The position numbers were made by a program, and so were the translations under genes. The notes under the pieces are model-generated. The model was not told the origin of the DNA. It worked only from the letters and a program-made list of their open reading frames with translations, and made no database searches. From the human T2T-CHM13v2.0 reference genome, Homo sapiens, in assembly GCF_009914755.1 (NCBI RefSeq), contig NC_060940.1: a stretch of DNA of 64,000 bases. One strand, given 5' to 3'. Numbering within the stretch: position 1 is the first letter of the stretch; each line of letters starts with the position of its first letter. Positions 1 through 11,134 of this stretch are shown here, piece after piece.

Positions 1-24
1 GCGGGGGTGGTGGGGGGCACTCAC

Positions 25-129
25 TGATGAGGTTGGTGGAGTTGGGGGCCCGGAAGAAATCAGGCAGGTACAGCCACTTGATGAGTGCGGAGTTCATGGG
101 GACGGCCCGGCTCCAGCGCCAGGGATAAT
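25..129 (-). CDS. PIEZO1: PIEZO1 exon 23 (c.3197-3301)
   Basis: DYPWRWSRAVPMNSALIKWLYLPDFFRAPNSTNLI; 105 nt; GTGAGT donor. Confidence 0.97.
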
Positions 130-813
130 CTGGGGGAAGGGGTGTCATGTCAGGAAGGGCCGGGCCTGCCTGGGGCCTGAGACACCCGGTCCCCACCCGT
201 TGACCCGAGTCTATCACCAGCCCTCAGGGTCCATGGGAATCACCTCGCGCACACCTGGTGTCTCGAGAACTGACAGCTCTAGTGTCCTGTGTGTTCACAC
301 ACACAGATTCCTTCAACTCTGCACCAAGCCCCTGGGGGCAAAGGAACTGAGCAGGAGGCCAGAGAGCACGGGGGTGGGGGCTGCTGGGCCTGAGTTGTGG
401 CCCACACGGCGTCATATTCCATGATAGGACAGTGCGTGTGATAGGACAGCTCTGAAAACAACAGCCAGAAGCTGCACGGACGCCTGCAGCCAGGAAAAGT
501 TCAACCTGCAGCAACCACAGCTGGGAACGCGCTGCTCAGCACGTGGGACCGGGATCCATGCGACAGCCTAGACAGACCTCAGTGTGCTCTGCCAAGTGAA
601 AGAAGCCAGACCTAAAGGCCACCTGCTGGGAGTCCTGCTGACGTGGCGTTCTGATAGGACCACGTGCTGGGGATGGGAGCGGCCGGGGCCTGCTGGGGAG
701 GGAGCCGTGGCACTGCCGGCCCCCGGCCACACTTCCTGGGAGGCGTGTGAGGCAGGGAGGGTCGGTCCCTAAGGACTGAGGGCATGGATGTGACTCCACG
801 CATCTGCGAAACC

Positions 814-2520
814 CACAGCCCCATCTGCCACAGAGGGAACCTCGCGACACAAAAACAAAGTGACCCTCCATGCTGGGGAACCCAGGACATGCTGAACTCA
901 CAGCCCCATCTGCCACAGAGGGAACCTCGCGACCCAAAAGCAAAGTGACCCTCGATGCTGGGGAACCCAGGACATGCTGAACTCACAGCCCCATCTGCCA
1001 CAGAGGGAACCTCGCGACACAAAAACAAAGTGACCCTCCATGCTGGGGAACCCAGGACATGCTGAACTCACAGCCCCATCTGCCACAGAGGGAACCTCGC
1101 GACACAAAAACAAAGTGACCCTCCATGCTGGGGAACCCAGGACATGCTGAACTCACAGCCCCATCTGCCACAGAGGGAACCTCGCGACCCAAAAACAAAG
1201 TGACCCTCGATGTTGGGGAACCCAGGACATGCTGATCTCACAGCCCCATCTGCCACAGAGGGAACCTCGTGACCCAAAAACAAAGTGACCCTCGATGCTG
1301 GGGAACCCAGGACATGCTGAACCCACAGCCCCATCTGCCACAGAGGGAACCTCGCGACCCAAAAACAAAGTGACCCTCGATGCTGGGGAACCCAGGACAT
1401 GCTGAACCCACAGCCCCATCTGCCACAGAGGGAACCTCGCGACCCAAAAACAAAGTGACCCTCGATGCTGGGGAACCCAGGACATGCTGAACCCACAGCC
1501 CCATCTGCCACAGAGGGAACCTTGCGACCCAAAAACAAAGTGACCCTCGATGCTGGGGAACCCAGGACATGCTGAACCCACAGCCCCATCTGCCACAGAG
1601 GGAACCTCGCGACCCAAAAACAAAGTGACCCTCGATGTTGGGGAACCCAGGACATGCTGATCTCACAGCCCCATCTGCCACAGAGGGAACCTCGCGACAC
1701 AAAAACAAAGTGACCCTCGATGCTGGGGAACCCAGGACATGCTGAACCCACAGCCCCATCTGCCACAGAGGGAACCTCGTGACCCAAAAACAAAGTGACC
1801 CTCGATGCTGGGGAACCCAGGACATTCTGAACCCACAGCCCCCATCTGCCACAGAGGGAACCTCGCGACCCAAAAACAAAGTGACCCTCGATGCTGGGGA
1901 ACCCAGGACATGCTGAACCCACAGCCCCATCTGCCACAGAGGGAACCTCGCGACCCAAAAACAAAGTGACCCTCGATGCTGGGGAACCCAGGACATGCTG
2001 AACCCACAGCCCCATCTGCCACAGAGGGAACCTCGCGACCCAAAAACAAAGTGACCCTCGATGCTGGGGAACCCAGGACATGCTGAACCCACAGCCCCAT
2101 CTGCCACAGAGGGAACCTCGTGACCCAAAAACAAAGTGACCCTCGATGCTGGGGAACCCAGGACATTCTGAACCCACAGCCCCCATCTGCCACAGAGGGA
2201 ACCTCGCGACCCAAAAACAAAGTGACCCTCGATGCTGGGGAACCCAGGACATGCTGAACCCACAGCCCCATCTGCCACAGAGGGAACCTCGCGACCCAAA
2301 AACAAAGTGACCCTCGATGCTGGGGAACCCAGGACATGCTGAACCCACAGCCCCATCTGCCACAGAGGGAACCTCGCGACCCAAAAACAAAGTGACCCTC
2401 GATGCTGGGGAACCCAGGACATGCTGAACCCACAGCCCCATCTGCCACAGAGGGAACCTCACGATACAAAAACAAAGTTACCCTCGATGTTGGGGAACCC
2501 AGGACATGCTGATCTCACAG
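814..2520. repeat. 85-bp VNTR, 20 units, intron 22
   Basis: Unit cacagccccatctgccacagagggaacctcgcgacccaaaaacaaagtgaccctcgatgctggggaacccaggacatgctgaacc; 18 units of 85 nt plus 2 of 86 nt. Confidence 0.98.
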
Positions 2521-2863
2521 GATGGCGACTGCATGGCGCAGCCGCGTGGAAGGAGGCAGAAGAAGGGGAGCTGGCCTAGGTGACGCTTGATAGCAGGTAT
2601 TTCAACAAGGAAGAGGTGGACAGGAGACGGGGAGCTGGCCTCGGTGATGCTCGAAAGCAGATGTTTCAACAAGGAAGAGCTGGAGGGCCCAGAGGCTGAG
2701 GCAGCCCTGTAGCAACAGGCACACCCAGCGCCCAGACCCCGGGCTCTAAACCTCACGCTCCTAGAACTCGATTGGGCTCCCTGGAGCAATGGCTGTGAGC
2801 ACAGGGCTGGGCCTGGGTAGCAGAAGATGAGGCAGCAGCGCCTGGGAGCAGAAAACAAGACGG

Positions 2864-3289
<426 letters not shown>

Positions 3290-4263
3290 AAATACGGGGA
3301 GATGATGTAACAGTGTGTGGCCGGAGGGGCCAGGACCCACTCAGCAGAGGGGAGGCCCAGGGTCTGCGGATGACAGAATTCTTGGAAAGCAGCCAGTAAC
3401 AAATGGCAGCTGTCCTTGATGGGAATCCCAGCTGACAGACACACAGAGACAGCAGAGAGAAAGTCTGTTTCGTAAAACCACAAGGCTGACCCCACACAGC
3501 CCACCAGTGCCAACAGGCTGGGTGCCACTGTGGGGCAGGTGGGACGCCCCTGAGCCGGCCACGTGCACAAATGTGACTCCCCATCTCAGACCGCAGGGTG
3601 CTGTGTGCCTTGAGCAGACCTGCAGCACCAGGACAGCCACGCAAATCCAGTCTCACGGCGTCAGCAACGCTACCGGCCTCCCTCCGGAACTTCCCAAGAG
3701 ACAGGAGAGGCGGGGGCAGCTTAGACCCAAGACAAGAGACTAGAGCAAACATCAGACCAGATCCCGTCTGAAAACCAAATGGCCACAAAGAAGGGTGCTG
3801 AGGCCGGGGCTGTTTGAATGCAGAGGACACGTTTGACGATGGCACTGCCAGGAGACGGGACCACGGGTGTGGGGCTGTGGGCTCAGACACCCTCACCCAG
3901 GAGACGCATGCTCGAGGCAGCACTTGGGTGTGAGGCATCACGGCCGACCCGCACGGGGCCCGGAGAGGACGCAGTGCTCCTTGTGTGACTCACAACTTTC
4001 CTGAAGGTTTGAAATATTTCAAGATAGAATACTGGGCAAAAAAGGAAAAGAGAACAGCAGAGCCTGGAGGGGGCCAGGCCGCCCCCGAGAGACAGGATGC
4101 AGGTGATGGCGCCTGGGTAGGATGTGGAGCAGAGAGGAGGGACTGGAGGAGGCCAAGGCTAAGTCTAGGAGGGTGGACAGGAGTCTGGGGCAGGCGGGAA
4201 ACACCCCCACGGGCATCCACAAAGCCACAAAGCCCACTCCCACCCAAGCCACGTGCCCCTCAC

Positions 4264-4468
4264 CAATGCACAGGGCCGGGGGCATCCCCAGGCACAGCAG
4301 GTACTGGTACAGCAGGAACAGCGCCAGGAAGAGGCAGTAGTTGGGCCAGAGGCGGGCAATGGCCTGGCGGTGCCTGCGGGTGAGGATGGCCACCAGCCAG
4401 CAACCGTGCAGGGTCACCAGAAAGTTCATGCGCTGCCCGATCACGTTCACGGCCATCAGGAAGCAGAT
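4264..4468 (-). CDS. PIEZO1: PIEZO1 exon 22 (c.2992-3196)
   Basis: ICFLMAVNVIGQRMNF...LGMPPALCI; 205 nt. Confidence 0.98.
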
Positions 4469-5543
4469 CTGGGGAGGGGAGAGGGCGGGGCGTGGGGATG
4501 CACTGAGTCTGGGGAGAGGGCGGGGCATGGGGATGCACTGAGTCTGGGGATGGGCGGGGTGTGGGGATGCACTGAGTCTGGGGGGAGGGGGGGCGTGGGG
4601 ATGCACTGAGTCTGGGGGAGGGGGGGGTGTGGGGATGCACTGAGTCTGGGGATGGGCGGGGTGTGGGGATGCACTGAGTCTGGGGATGGGCGGGGTGTGG
4701 GGATGCACTGAGTCTGGGGGAGGGCGGGGTGTGGGGATGCACTGAGTCTGGGGGAGGGGGGGGTGTGGGGATGCACTGAGTCTGGGGGAGGGGGGGGTGT
4801 GGGGATGCACTGAGTCTGGGGGAGGGCGGGGTGTGGGGATGCACTGAGTCTGGGGGAGGGGGGGGTGTGGGGATGCACTGAGTCTGGGGGGAGGGGGGGG
4901 TGTGGGGATGCACTGAGTCTGGGGATGGGCGGGGTGTGGGGATGCACTGAGTCTGGGGGAGGGCGGGGTGTGGGGATGCACTGAGTCTGGGGGGAGGGGG
5001 GGGTGTGGGGATGCACTGAGTCTGGGGGAGGGCGGGGTGTGGGGATGCACTGAGTCTGGGGGAGGGGGGGGTGTGGGGATGCACTGAGTCTGGGGGAGGG
5101 CGGGGTGTGGGGATGCACTGAGTCTGGGGGAGGGGGGGGTGTGGGGATGCACTGAGTCTGGGGATGGGCGGGGTGTGGGGATGCACTGAGTCTGGGGATG
5201 GGCGGGGTGTGGGGATGCACTGAGTCTGGGGGAGGGCGGGGTGTGGGGATGCACTGAGTCTGGGGGGAGGGGGGGCGTGGGGATGCACTGAGTCTGGGGA
5301 GGGGGGGGTGTGGGGATGCACTGAGTCTGGGGGAGGGGGGGGTGTGGGGATGCACTGAGTCTGGGGAGGGGGGGGTGTGGGGATGCACTGAGTCTGGGGG
5401 GAGGGCGGGGCGTGGGGATGCACTGAGTCTGGGGGGAGGGCGGGGCGTGGGGATGCACTGAGTCTGGGGAGGGGGGGGTGTGGGGATGCACTGAGTCTGG
5501 GGGGAGGGCGGGGTGTGGGGATGCACTGAGTCTGGGGGGAGGG
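4469..5543. repeat. 33-35-bp G-rich VNTR, 31 core copies, intron 21
   Basis: Unit actgagtctggggg(a/t)ggg(c/g)ggggtgtggggatgc; 31 occurrences of actgagtct from 4502 to 5525. Confidence 0.98.
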
Positions 5544-5915
5544 ACTTTCTTGTCCCACCCAGCAGGCCTCAGGCTTGCAGCAGCCCTGCCTGGAGGCTGC
5601 GGGCATCAAGCAAGGACAGGGCCAGCGGCGCTGTCAAGAGGGCAGGAGTGGCTGGCAGTTGCCATCGTGCAGGGGAAACTGAGGCTCCAGGAGGTGGGCT
5701 GTACAGTAGAGCAGATCTAACTTGGCCCCCTGCCTGTTGTCAGCACCGACACACCACAGGAGTCCAGGGAAGCCGTGCCTGGCCCTGAGTCCCCCACCCT
5801 CTGTGGCCCAGGCAAACCCAGGTGGGGCCAGGCTTGCGGTGCCTGCACGGTGCAGCCGTCCCTCCCTCCCGAAGGCCAAGCCCTGCCCCAGGGGGAGGCA
5901 ATGTCCTTGCCTCAC

Positions 5916-6116
5916 CTCCAGCCCGAATTTGTAGAAGAAGAAGTTGATGAAGTACTTGAGGCAGCCGAGCAGATCCTGGTCCAGCTGCTGGCGGGTGCCG
6001 CTGGCAAACACGGCCTGGGCAGGCAGCGGGGCCAGCTGGTGCTGCCGGCGGTAGTGCTCCTGGCGCCGGTACACGATGGCCTCGAATACCAGCAGCAGCA
6101 GCACTTGCAGGTGGTT
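5916..6116 (-). CDS. PIEZO1: PIEZO1 exon 21 (c.2791-2991)
   Basis: NHLQVLLLLVFEAIVYRRQ...FFFYKFGLE; 201 nt. Confidence 0.98.
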
Positions 6117-6187
6117 CTGCGGAGGGCAAGGGTCAGGGGGCAGCCGGGTACTCGCCCGCCCAGCCGCCCACCAGCCCTTCAACTCAC

Positions 6188-6313
6188 CTGGATGTAGCCC
6201 AGGTTGGGGAACCCTTTCCGCACCCCAAACCAGTTGGCAGGGTCCACGGGCCCCCGGTACAGCAGGGACTGGCTGATCTCCGTGGGCAGCAAGTTGGTGC
6301 TGTTGGGGAAGGG
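6188..6313 (-). CDS. PIEZO1: PIEZO1 exon 20 (c.2665-2790)
   Basis: PFPNSTNLLPTEISQSLLYRGPVDPANWFGVRKGFPNLGYIQ; 126 nt. Confidence 0.98.
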
Positions 6314-6858
6314 CTGGCAAGAGGCCAGGCATCAGTGCCCCCTCCCAGGCCACAGTGCCCCCTGGCCCTGCCCGGAGCCCACCACAGCCACAGCTCTGGG
6401 GCAGGTCCACCGCTCCCCAGCCAGGGACACGGGGGCTGCCAGCCTTGGAGCCACCTTCACAGGGAAGGGGACCAGGTGTTTGAGAAACAGGGAGACCACG
6501 GGCAGGGGCTAGGGGAGTGAAGAGAGGTCCAGGGAGAAGGAGGGATGTGCGAGAAGGTCCCAGGCAGAGATGCCTGACTGTCTCTCCCTCTCCAGGGGTG
6601 GGGCCCTCCCGTCCTCACTGCCGGAGACCCTGGGACTCCGCCCCTACTGGACACCCTTGTGTGCAGGGAGTGCGCCCCTGGTCCACAGTTGAGGTCGAAG
6701 GATGCTGCCTCCAGGAAGCCCCCTTGGCGCCCCCAGGGGAGAGTCCTCCATCTCCATTGCTGGCCCCACTGCACTGAGGCAGCTGCCCCAGGAGGGTCGG
6801 GCTGCGAATACAGAGTTGCCTGGAGCTTCCTCCCGTCCCAGCCCTCGGGGGCCGGTAC

Positions 6859-7035
6859 CTCGGTGCAGTTGCTGGAATACTCCTGGGGGTTGACAACCTT
6901 GAGCTGGTACAGCATCTTACACACGATGATGACGCAGGTCCACACGGTGGACAGGCAGGAGGCCATGGGCCGGAAGCGTGGGTAGGGCAGGGCGAAGGCC
7001 CACAGCACCACCAGCAGCAGGTTCATCACCGACAC
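6859..7035 (-). CDS. PIEZO1: PIEZO1 exon 19 (c.2488-2664)
   Basis: VSVMNLLLVVLWAFALPYPRFRP...EYSSNCTE; 177 nt. Confidence 0.98.
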
Positions 7036-7037
7036 CT

Positions 7038-7105
7038 GAGGGCAGTGGGCACGTGGGGCTGGGCTTGGGGAGGGCAGTGGGCACGTGGGGCTGGGCTTGG
7101 GGAGG
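7038..7105. repeat. 32-bp tandem duplication abutting the exon 19 acceptor
   Basis: gagggcagtgggcacgtggggctgggcttggg x2. Confidence 0.93.
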
Positions 7106-7168
7106 CCAGCTGGGCAGGCCAGAGCGACCCCACCCCAGATGGGAAGCTGAGTTGCCTGCCACACTCAC

Positions 7169-7326
7169 CTCCTTCAGGGCCACCCAGACGGTGTACAGGG
7201 CCACCAGCTTGAAAACGTGAAGCTCCAGCAGCCGCCGCAGGAACACCTGCACGCGTGAGAGGACGTCCGAGAAGCCGGCTGCCAGCTCCAGCAGCCGCTC
7301 AGCCACCAGGCCCCACTTGGCTGCCC
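7169..7326 (-). CDS. PIEZO1: PIEZO1 exon 18 (c.2330-2487)
   Basis: GAAKWGLVAERLLEL...TVWVALKE; 158 nt. Confidence 0.98.
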
Positions 7327-7486
7327 CTGTGATGGTGTGAGGGTCAGTGCGGGGCACAAACGGGGATTCCCGGGTCCCCTGTGAGGAAGAGGCTCTGGAG
7401 CCCAGAGGGGACTCTGCCAACGCCCCCCGAGCTGGGACATGGCACAGCAGACTGGGTGGCAGCTGTGTTCTGCCCGCCCAACCCAC

Positions 7487-7635
7487 CTTCAGGCACCTGC
7501 GTGGCCTGGTGGGGAGTGGCCACGCCCAGCCCCTCGTCCCTGGAGTCCTCCTCCTCCTCCTCCTCCTCCTGCTGCTGCTGCTGATGCTCCTGCTGCTCCT
7601 CCCGCAGCAGTGGGGTCCCACTCACTGCATCCTGC
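7487..7635 (-). CDS. PIEZO1: PIEZO1 exon 17 (c.2181-2329), contains the Q5/E7 run
   Basis: QDAVSGTPLLREEQQEHQQQQQEEEEEEEDSRDEG...QVPE; 149 nt. Confidence 0.98.
7548..7583 (-). repeat. Coding (CAG)5(GAG)7 repeat, Q745-E756
   Basis: Plus strand reads (ctc)7(ctg)5. Confidence 0.97.
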
Positions 7636-7930
7636 CTGGGAGAGGGTCCGAAAATGTCATCTCCCAACTGGGTTCCTGCCCCTCATTTCCTGGGGCTGGA
7701 AGAAGCCCTGTCGGCACCGCTGCAGCTGCCAGTTCAGGTGCACAGCTGTGTCGCAACTCATGCCCACTGTCCCTGTGACCTCCACGCTACTGCCATCCCC
7801 TTGGTATGAGCAAATGCCCCTTGGGATCTGAAGGTGGAAGATGTGGCTCCTGTCCAACTCCCACCTGGCTCCCTCCCTGGCCCAGGAGGCTACACCTCTC
7901 CAGGGCCGGACAGGGAGGGCGGGGCCGCAC

Positions 7931-8113
7931 CTGTGAGCCCAGCGCGGGAGGCGCGTGCCAGGCAGGGACACGTGCTCCATGTCGGTGAGCTGCATGAAGG
8001 GCCTGTGGAAGTAGTGCAGCTGCAGGATGCAGGCCAGGAGGAAGAAGCCGGGCACCAGGATGCTGGAGAAGAGCTCGGACACGCTGAACTGCTCCAGGCC
8101 CAGGTCCCCCAGC
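7931..8113 (-). CDS. PIEZO1: PIEZO1 exon 16 (c.1998-2180)
   Basis: LGDLGLEQFSVSELF...RLPRWAH(R); 183 nt. Confidence 0.98.
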
Positions 8114-8224
8114 CTGTGGAGGGGCAGCATCAGCACCGGCCCGGCCCCCGGCAGAGCCGCTGCAGCCCCGGGGAAGTGCACGGGGTTTCGGCACCCCTGC
8201 CCCACCGCCCCAGCCTGGACTCAC

Positions 8225-8373
8225 TGCTCGTCGGTGAAGCCAGTGAGGTTGCGCCAGTAGGCAGGGAAGTCCTGGAACTGGAAGGTGTAGACGGCGATGA
8301 GGACCAGCATGGTGTAGGCCACCACGAGCCACCAGAAGGCCTTGAGCAGCTTCCGCCACAGGCTGTAGTAGAC
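8225..8373 (-). CDS. PIEZO1: PIEZO1 exon 15 (c.1849-1997)
   Basis: VYYSLWRKLLKAFWW...NLTGFTDE(Q); 149 nt. Confidence 0.98.
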
Positions 8374-8449
8374 CTGCCGGGTGAGGTGGGGGTGGTGAGG
8401 ACCGCGGGGAGGGTCCGTGCCCCAGCCCCCATCCCGGCCCCCCAGCCAC

Positions 8450-8628
8450 CTGGAAGAGGGTGAGGCAGAGCAGGAAGAGGAACATGTAGACAATCTTGTA
8501 GACCACGAGGCGGCCGGCGAAGCTGACCACGATGAACATGCCAGCACACACATAGATCCAGTACTTGGCGTACACGCCCTTCACCAGCTCCCCCAGGCTC
8601 TGCAACAGCGTCTGCGTCCGCGTGGGCT
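8450..8628 (-). CDS. PIEZO1: PIEZO1 exon 14 (c.1670-1848)
   Basis: EPTRTQTLLQSLGELVKGVYAKYWIYV...LCLTLFQ; 179 nt; weak donor CAG|GTGGCT. Confidence 0.98.
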
Positions 8629-8709
8629 CTGTGGGCCAAGCCAGGGGCAGGCGATGGCATCAGGGCGGGCAGGCAGGAGGGCAACCCCCGCCTCTGGCCC
8701 ACCACTCAC

Positions 8710-8821
8710 CTGTGTCTGCCACGGTGACCTCCGTCAGCGCAGCTGGAGACTCTGCCCACTTCAGCAGCTTCTCTTTCACAAACTGGCGCAGCAGGAGCCA
8801 GAAGGTCAGGGTGTAGAGCAA
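8710..8821 (-). CDS. PIEZO1: PIEZO1 exon 13 (c.1558-1669)
   Basis: LLYTLTFWLLLRQFVKEKLLKWAESPAALTEVTVADT; 112 nt. Confidence 0.98.
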
Positions 8822-8969
8822 CTGTGACAAGCGCAGGGTGTCACAGTCAGCCGGGGGGCCCAGCACCCCTCCCACAGCCGGGGGACCCAGCACCCTCCTA
8901 TAGCAGGGGGCAAGAGCTCTCAGGCGGCTGGCACCAGCCCATCCACCGCAGCCTCCCCACAGGCACCGA

Positions 8970-9523
8970 ACACCCTCTCGCTCACACCCACTCAGAGGCA
9001 CACGAGCACACACTCTCACATCCATGGATGAGTGCATGGGTTCACTTGCGCTCACACGCAGAGTCACACACGGGTTCACTAGTTCACGTGGGCACAGATC
9101 CATGCACGCACCTGCACACATGTCCACATGCTGGAGTGCATGTTTGCCCACATGCGTGCTCACATATGCACACAAGCTCACAGGTGCATATGTTGGCACA
9201 CAGGCTCACAAGTTTCACAAGATGAGACCCACTGGCCTGCAAACAGGTGTCCAGACACGATGCTGGCACCCGTTTCACATGGACATGCAGGCACCCTGTG
9301 AACACATGGCCTGCACAGCTTGTCACTGAGACCCAGGGCTGTGCATGGTGCCAATGGGCAGAGCCCACGCTCACACACACTGTCAGGGGCGCAGGGGTGG
9401 TGCCTGTGCCAATGAGCATAGCCCATGCTCACACACAGTGTCGGGGCACAGGGGTGGTGCCCGTGCCAACAGAGCCCACGCTCACACAGTGTCAGGGCAC
9501 AGGGGTGGTGCCCGTGCCAACAC
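8970..9523. repeat. CA-rich low-complexity tract, then a degenerate ~50-60-bp repeat x3, intron 12
   Basis: cacac/catg-rich sequence; agagcccacgctcacacagtgtcagggcacaggggtggtgcccgtgccaa repeated. Confidence 0.8.
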
Positions 9524-9529
9524 AAGGTT

Positions 9530-9670
9530 GTCTGTTTATTCAGTCAACAAACGCTCACTGAGAAGCTACTCTGGGCTGGCTCTGGGTGGGCAGAAGGGGA
9601 CAGACAGACACATCTGCCTTCTTGGCGCTGCCACTCCCCCGGGCAAGTGGACATTGAACAAGACGACAAC
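9530..9670 (-). mobile_element. L2 3' end remnant
   Basis: tttattcagtcaacaaacgctcactgagaagctact resembles the antisense L2 tail. Confidence 0.55.
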
Positions 9671-9722
9671 CCTGATGGGTCTGCGCACCCAGGCACCCCC
9701 GGATGTCGTGGTGCACACTCAC

Positions 9723-9983
9723 CATGGCACCAAGGTCCAGACAGGGGTAGCGGGTGTGCTCCAGCCCCAGCTGGCGCAGGCTGACGGGGCCCAGGGTGGT
9801 GGGCAGCTCAGGGCGCAGGTCCATGGCCCACACGTAGCGTAGGCAGCACAGCGTCATCCCATACAGCAGGATGCAGGGCGAGCACAGCATGGCCAGTTGG
9901 TGGCGGCTGCGCACCGTCCAGATGAGGCAGGCCCAGAGCAGCAGTACGAAGGTCAGCCAGCTGTGGTAGGTGATGCTCCATAC
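9723..9983 (-). CDS. PIEZO1: PIEZO1 exon 12 (c.1297-1557)
   Basis: VWSITYHSWLTFVLLLW...PCLDLGAM; 261 nt. Confidence 0.98.
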
Positions 9984-10184
9984 CTGCGCGGCAGAGAGGG
10001 CTGCACAGCTGCCCAGCGCACCCCACCCAGGCGATGCCCCACACCTGCGCGGCAGAGGGGGCTGCACAGCTGCCCAGCGCACCCCACCCAGGCGATGCCC
10101 CACACCTGCGCGGCAGAGGGGGCTGCACAGCTGCCCAGCGCACCCCACCCAGGCGATGCCCCACACCTGCGCGGCAGAGGGGGC
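9972..10184. repeat. 61-bp tandem repeat (~3.4 units) spanning the exon 12 acceptor and most of intron 11
   Basis: Unit cacctgcgcggcagagggggctgcacagctgcccagcgcaccccacccaggcgatgcccca, period 61. Confidence 0.96.
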
Positions 10185-10213
10185 CGCCCACCCCAACCCC
10201 CACAGCCGCCTAC

Positions 10214-10314
10214 CATCATGGCAATGAGCGCGCACACATAGCTCTGGTCCATGATGAGGTGGCCCAGGCTGTGGAGCGGAGACGCCTCCCCGGGCTCAGC
10301 CCGCTTGGGCCGCA
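10214..10314 (-). CDS. PIEZO1: PIEZO1 exon 11 (c.1196-1296)
   Basis: VRPKRAEPGEASPLHSLGHLIMDQSYVCALIAMM; 101 nt. Confidence 0.98.
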
Positions 10315-11134
10315 CTGCAGGTGGGGACAGCGGTCAGCTTCGGCAGGTTGATCTGCAGGCCCCCCCACCCTGACTATGCCCTAAAATCTGGGCCCTGGGC
10401 AAGCACACAGCAGGAGAGACAGGCCCCCGGTGGGCTATGGGCAGAACACGAGGGCTCCGGCAATTGGGCTGACACCGTCCCTGAGCGTCAGGGATGGCCC
10501 TGCCAGCACCTGCCGTTCTCTGGGCCTCACTTTCCTTGAAAGGGTGGGAAAGGTGGCCCTGACCCCCTTTCCAGCTCTGCGCACCTGAAGACTCTCAGGA
10601 CCCCCACCCCAGGGCCGTGGCTTCATTTGCTTCATTCAGAAACACATTGCAAAATGGAAAATCAAGGGTTAGGGTAAAGAAAGAAAGTAGCCAGAAAGAG
10701 CCCCCAGGCCCTCCCAAGGCGACATGGCCAACACAGAGTTCCCAGGCCAGCCCCTGCCCTGGACGAGCGGCCTCCTGGGGCCACTGGGCCACCTGGAGCA
10801 GCTCCCAGAGCTAACAGCACAAGACAGCATAGCCACATTCTCTGGGGAGGGGTTGGGGGACCTGGAGGCCCCCCATGGGGTCTTGGGGATCAACGACGCG
10901 GCCACTCAGCTGCCCTGGGGGTCTTGGGGGTTGGTCAGTGACATGGCCACTCGGCTGCCCTGGGGGTCTCGGGGGTCACTGACACCGACCCGTGGATGTC
11001 CTGGGCCCCCGAGGGGGCGGCAGGCAGAGGTGCGGCGCGAGCATGCGAGAGCGCCAGGCGGCCACCAGGGGGCAGCACCGGCCTCCGCCCCGCCCCCCCG
11101 CACCCAGCCATACCTTGCAGTGTGCGGTACTCAC

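Noticed and set aside
1068-2475. 270-464-aa minus-strand ORFs
   Set aside because: They are translations of the 85-bp VNTR cycling through frames, with no splice or homology support.
880-2510. p53 response-element array (GGACATGCTG in each VNTR unit)
   Set aside because: Only single imperfect half-sites 85 bp apart; p53 needs adjacent paired half-sites.
4019-5609. 356-490-aa Pro-rich ORFs
   Set aside because: They come from the C-rich VNTR strand, which lacks stops; only 4264-4468 is real coding sequence.
7632-7637. Tandem acceptor CAGGCAG at exon 17
   Set aside because: The 4-nt shift is out of frame, this is a common motif, and nothing suggests it is used.
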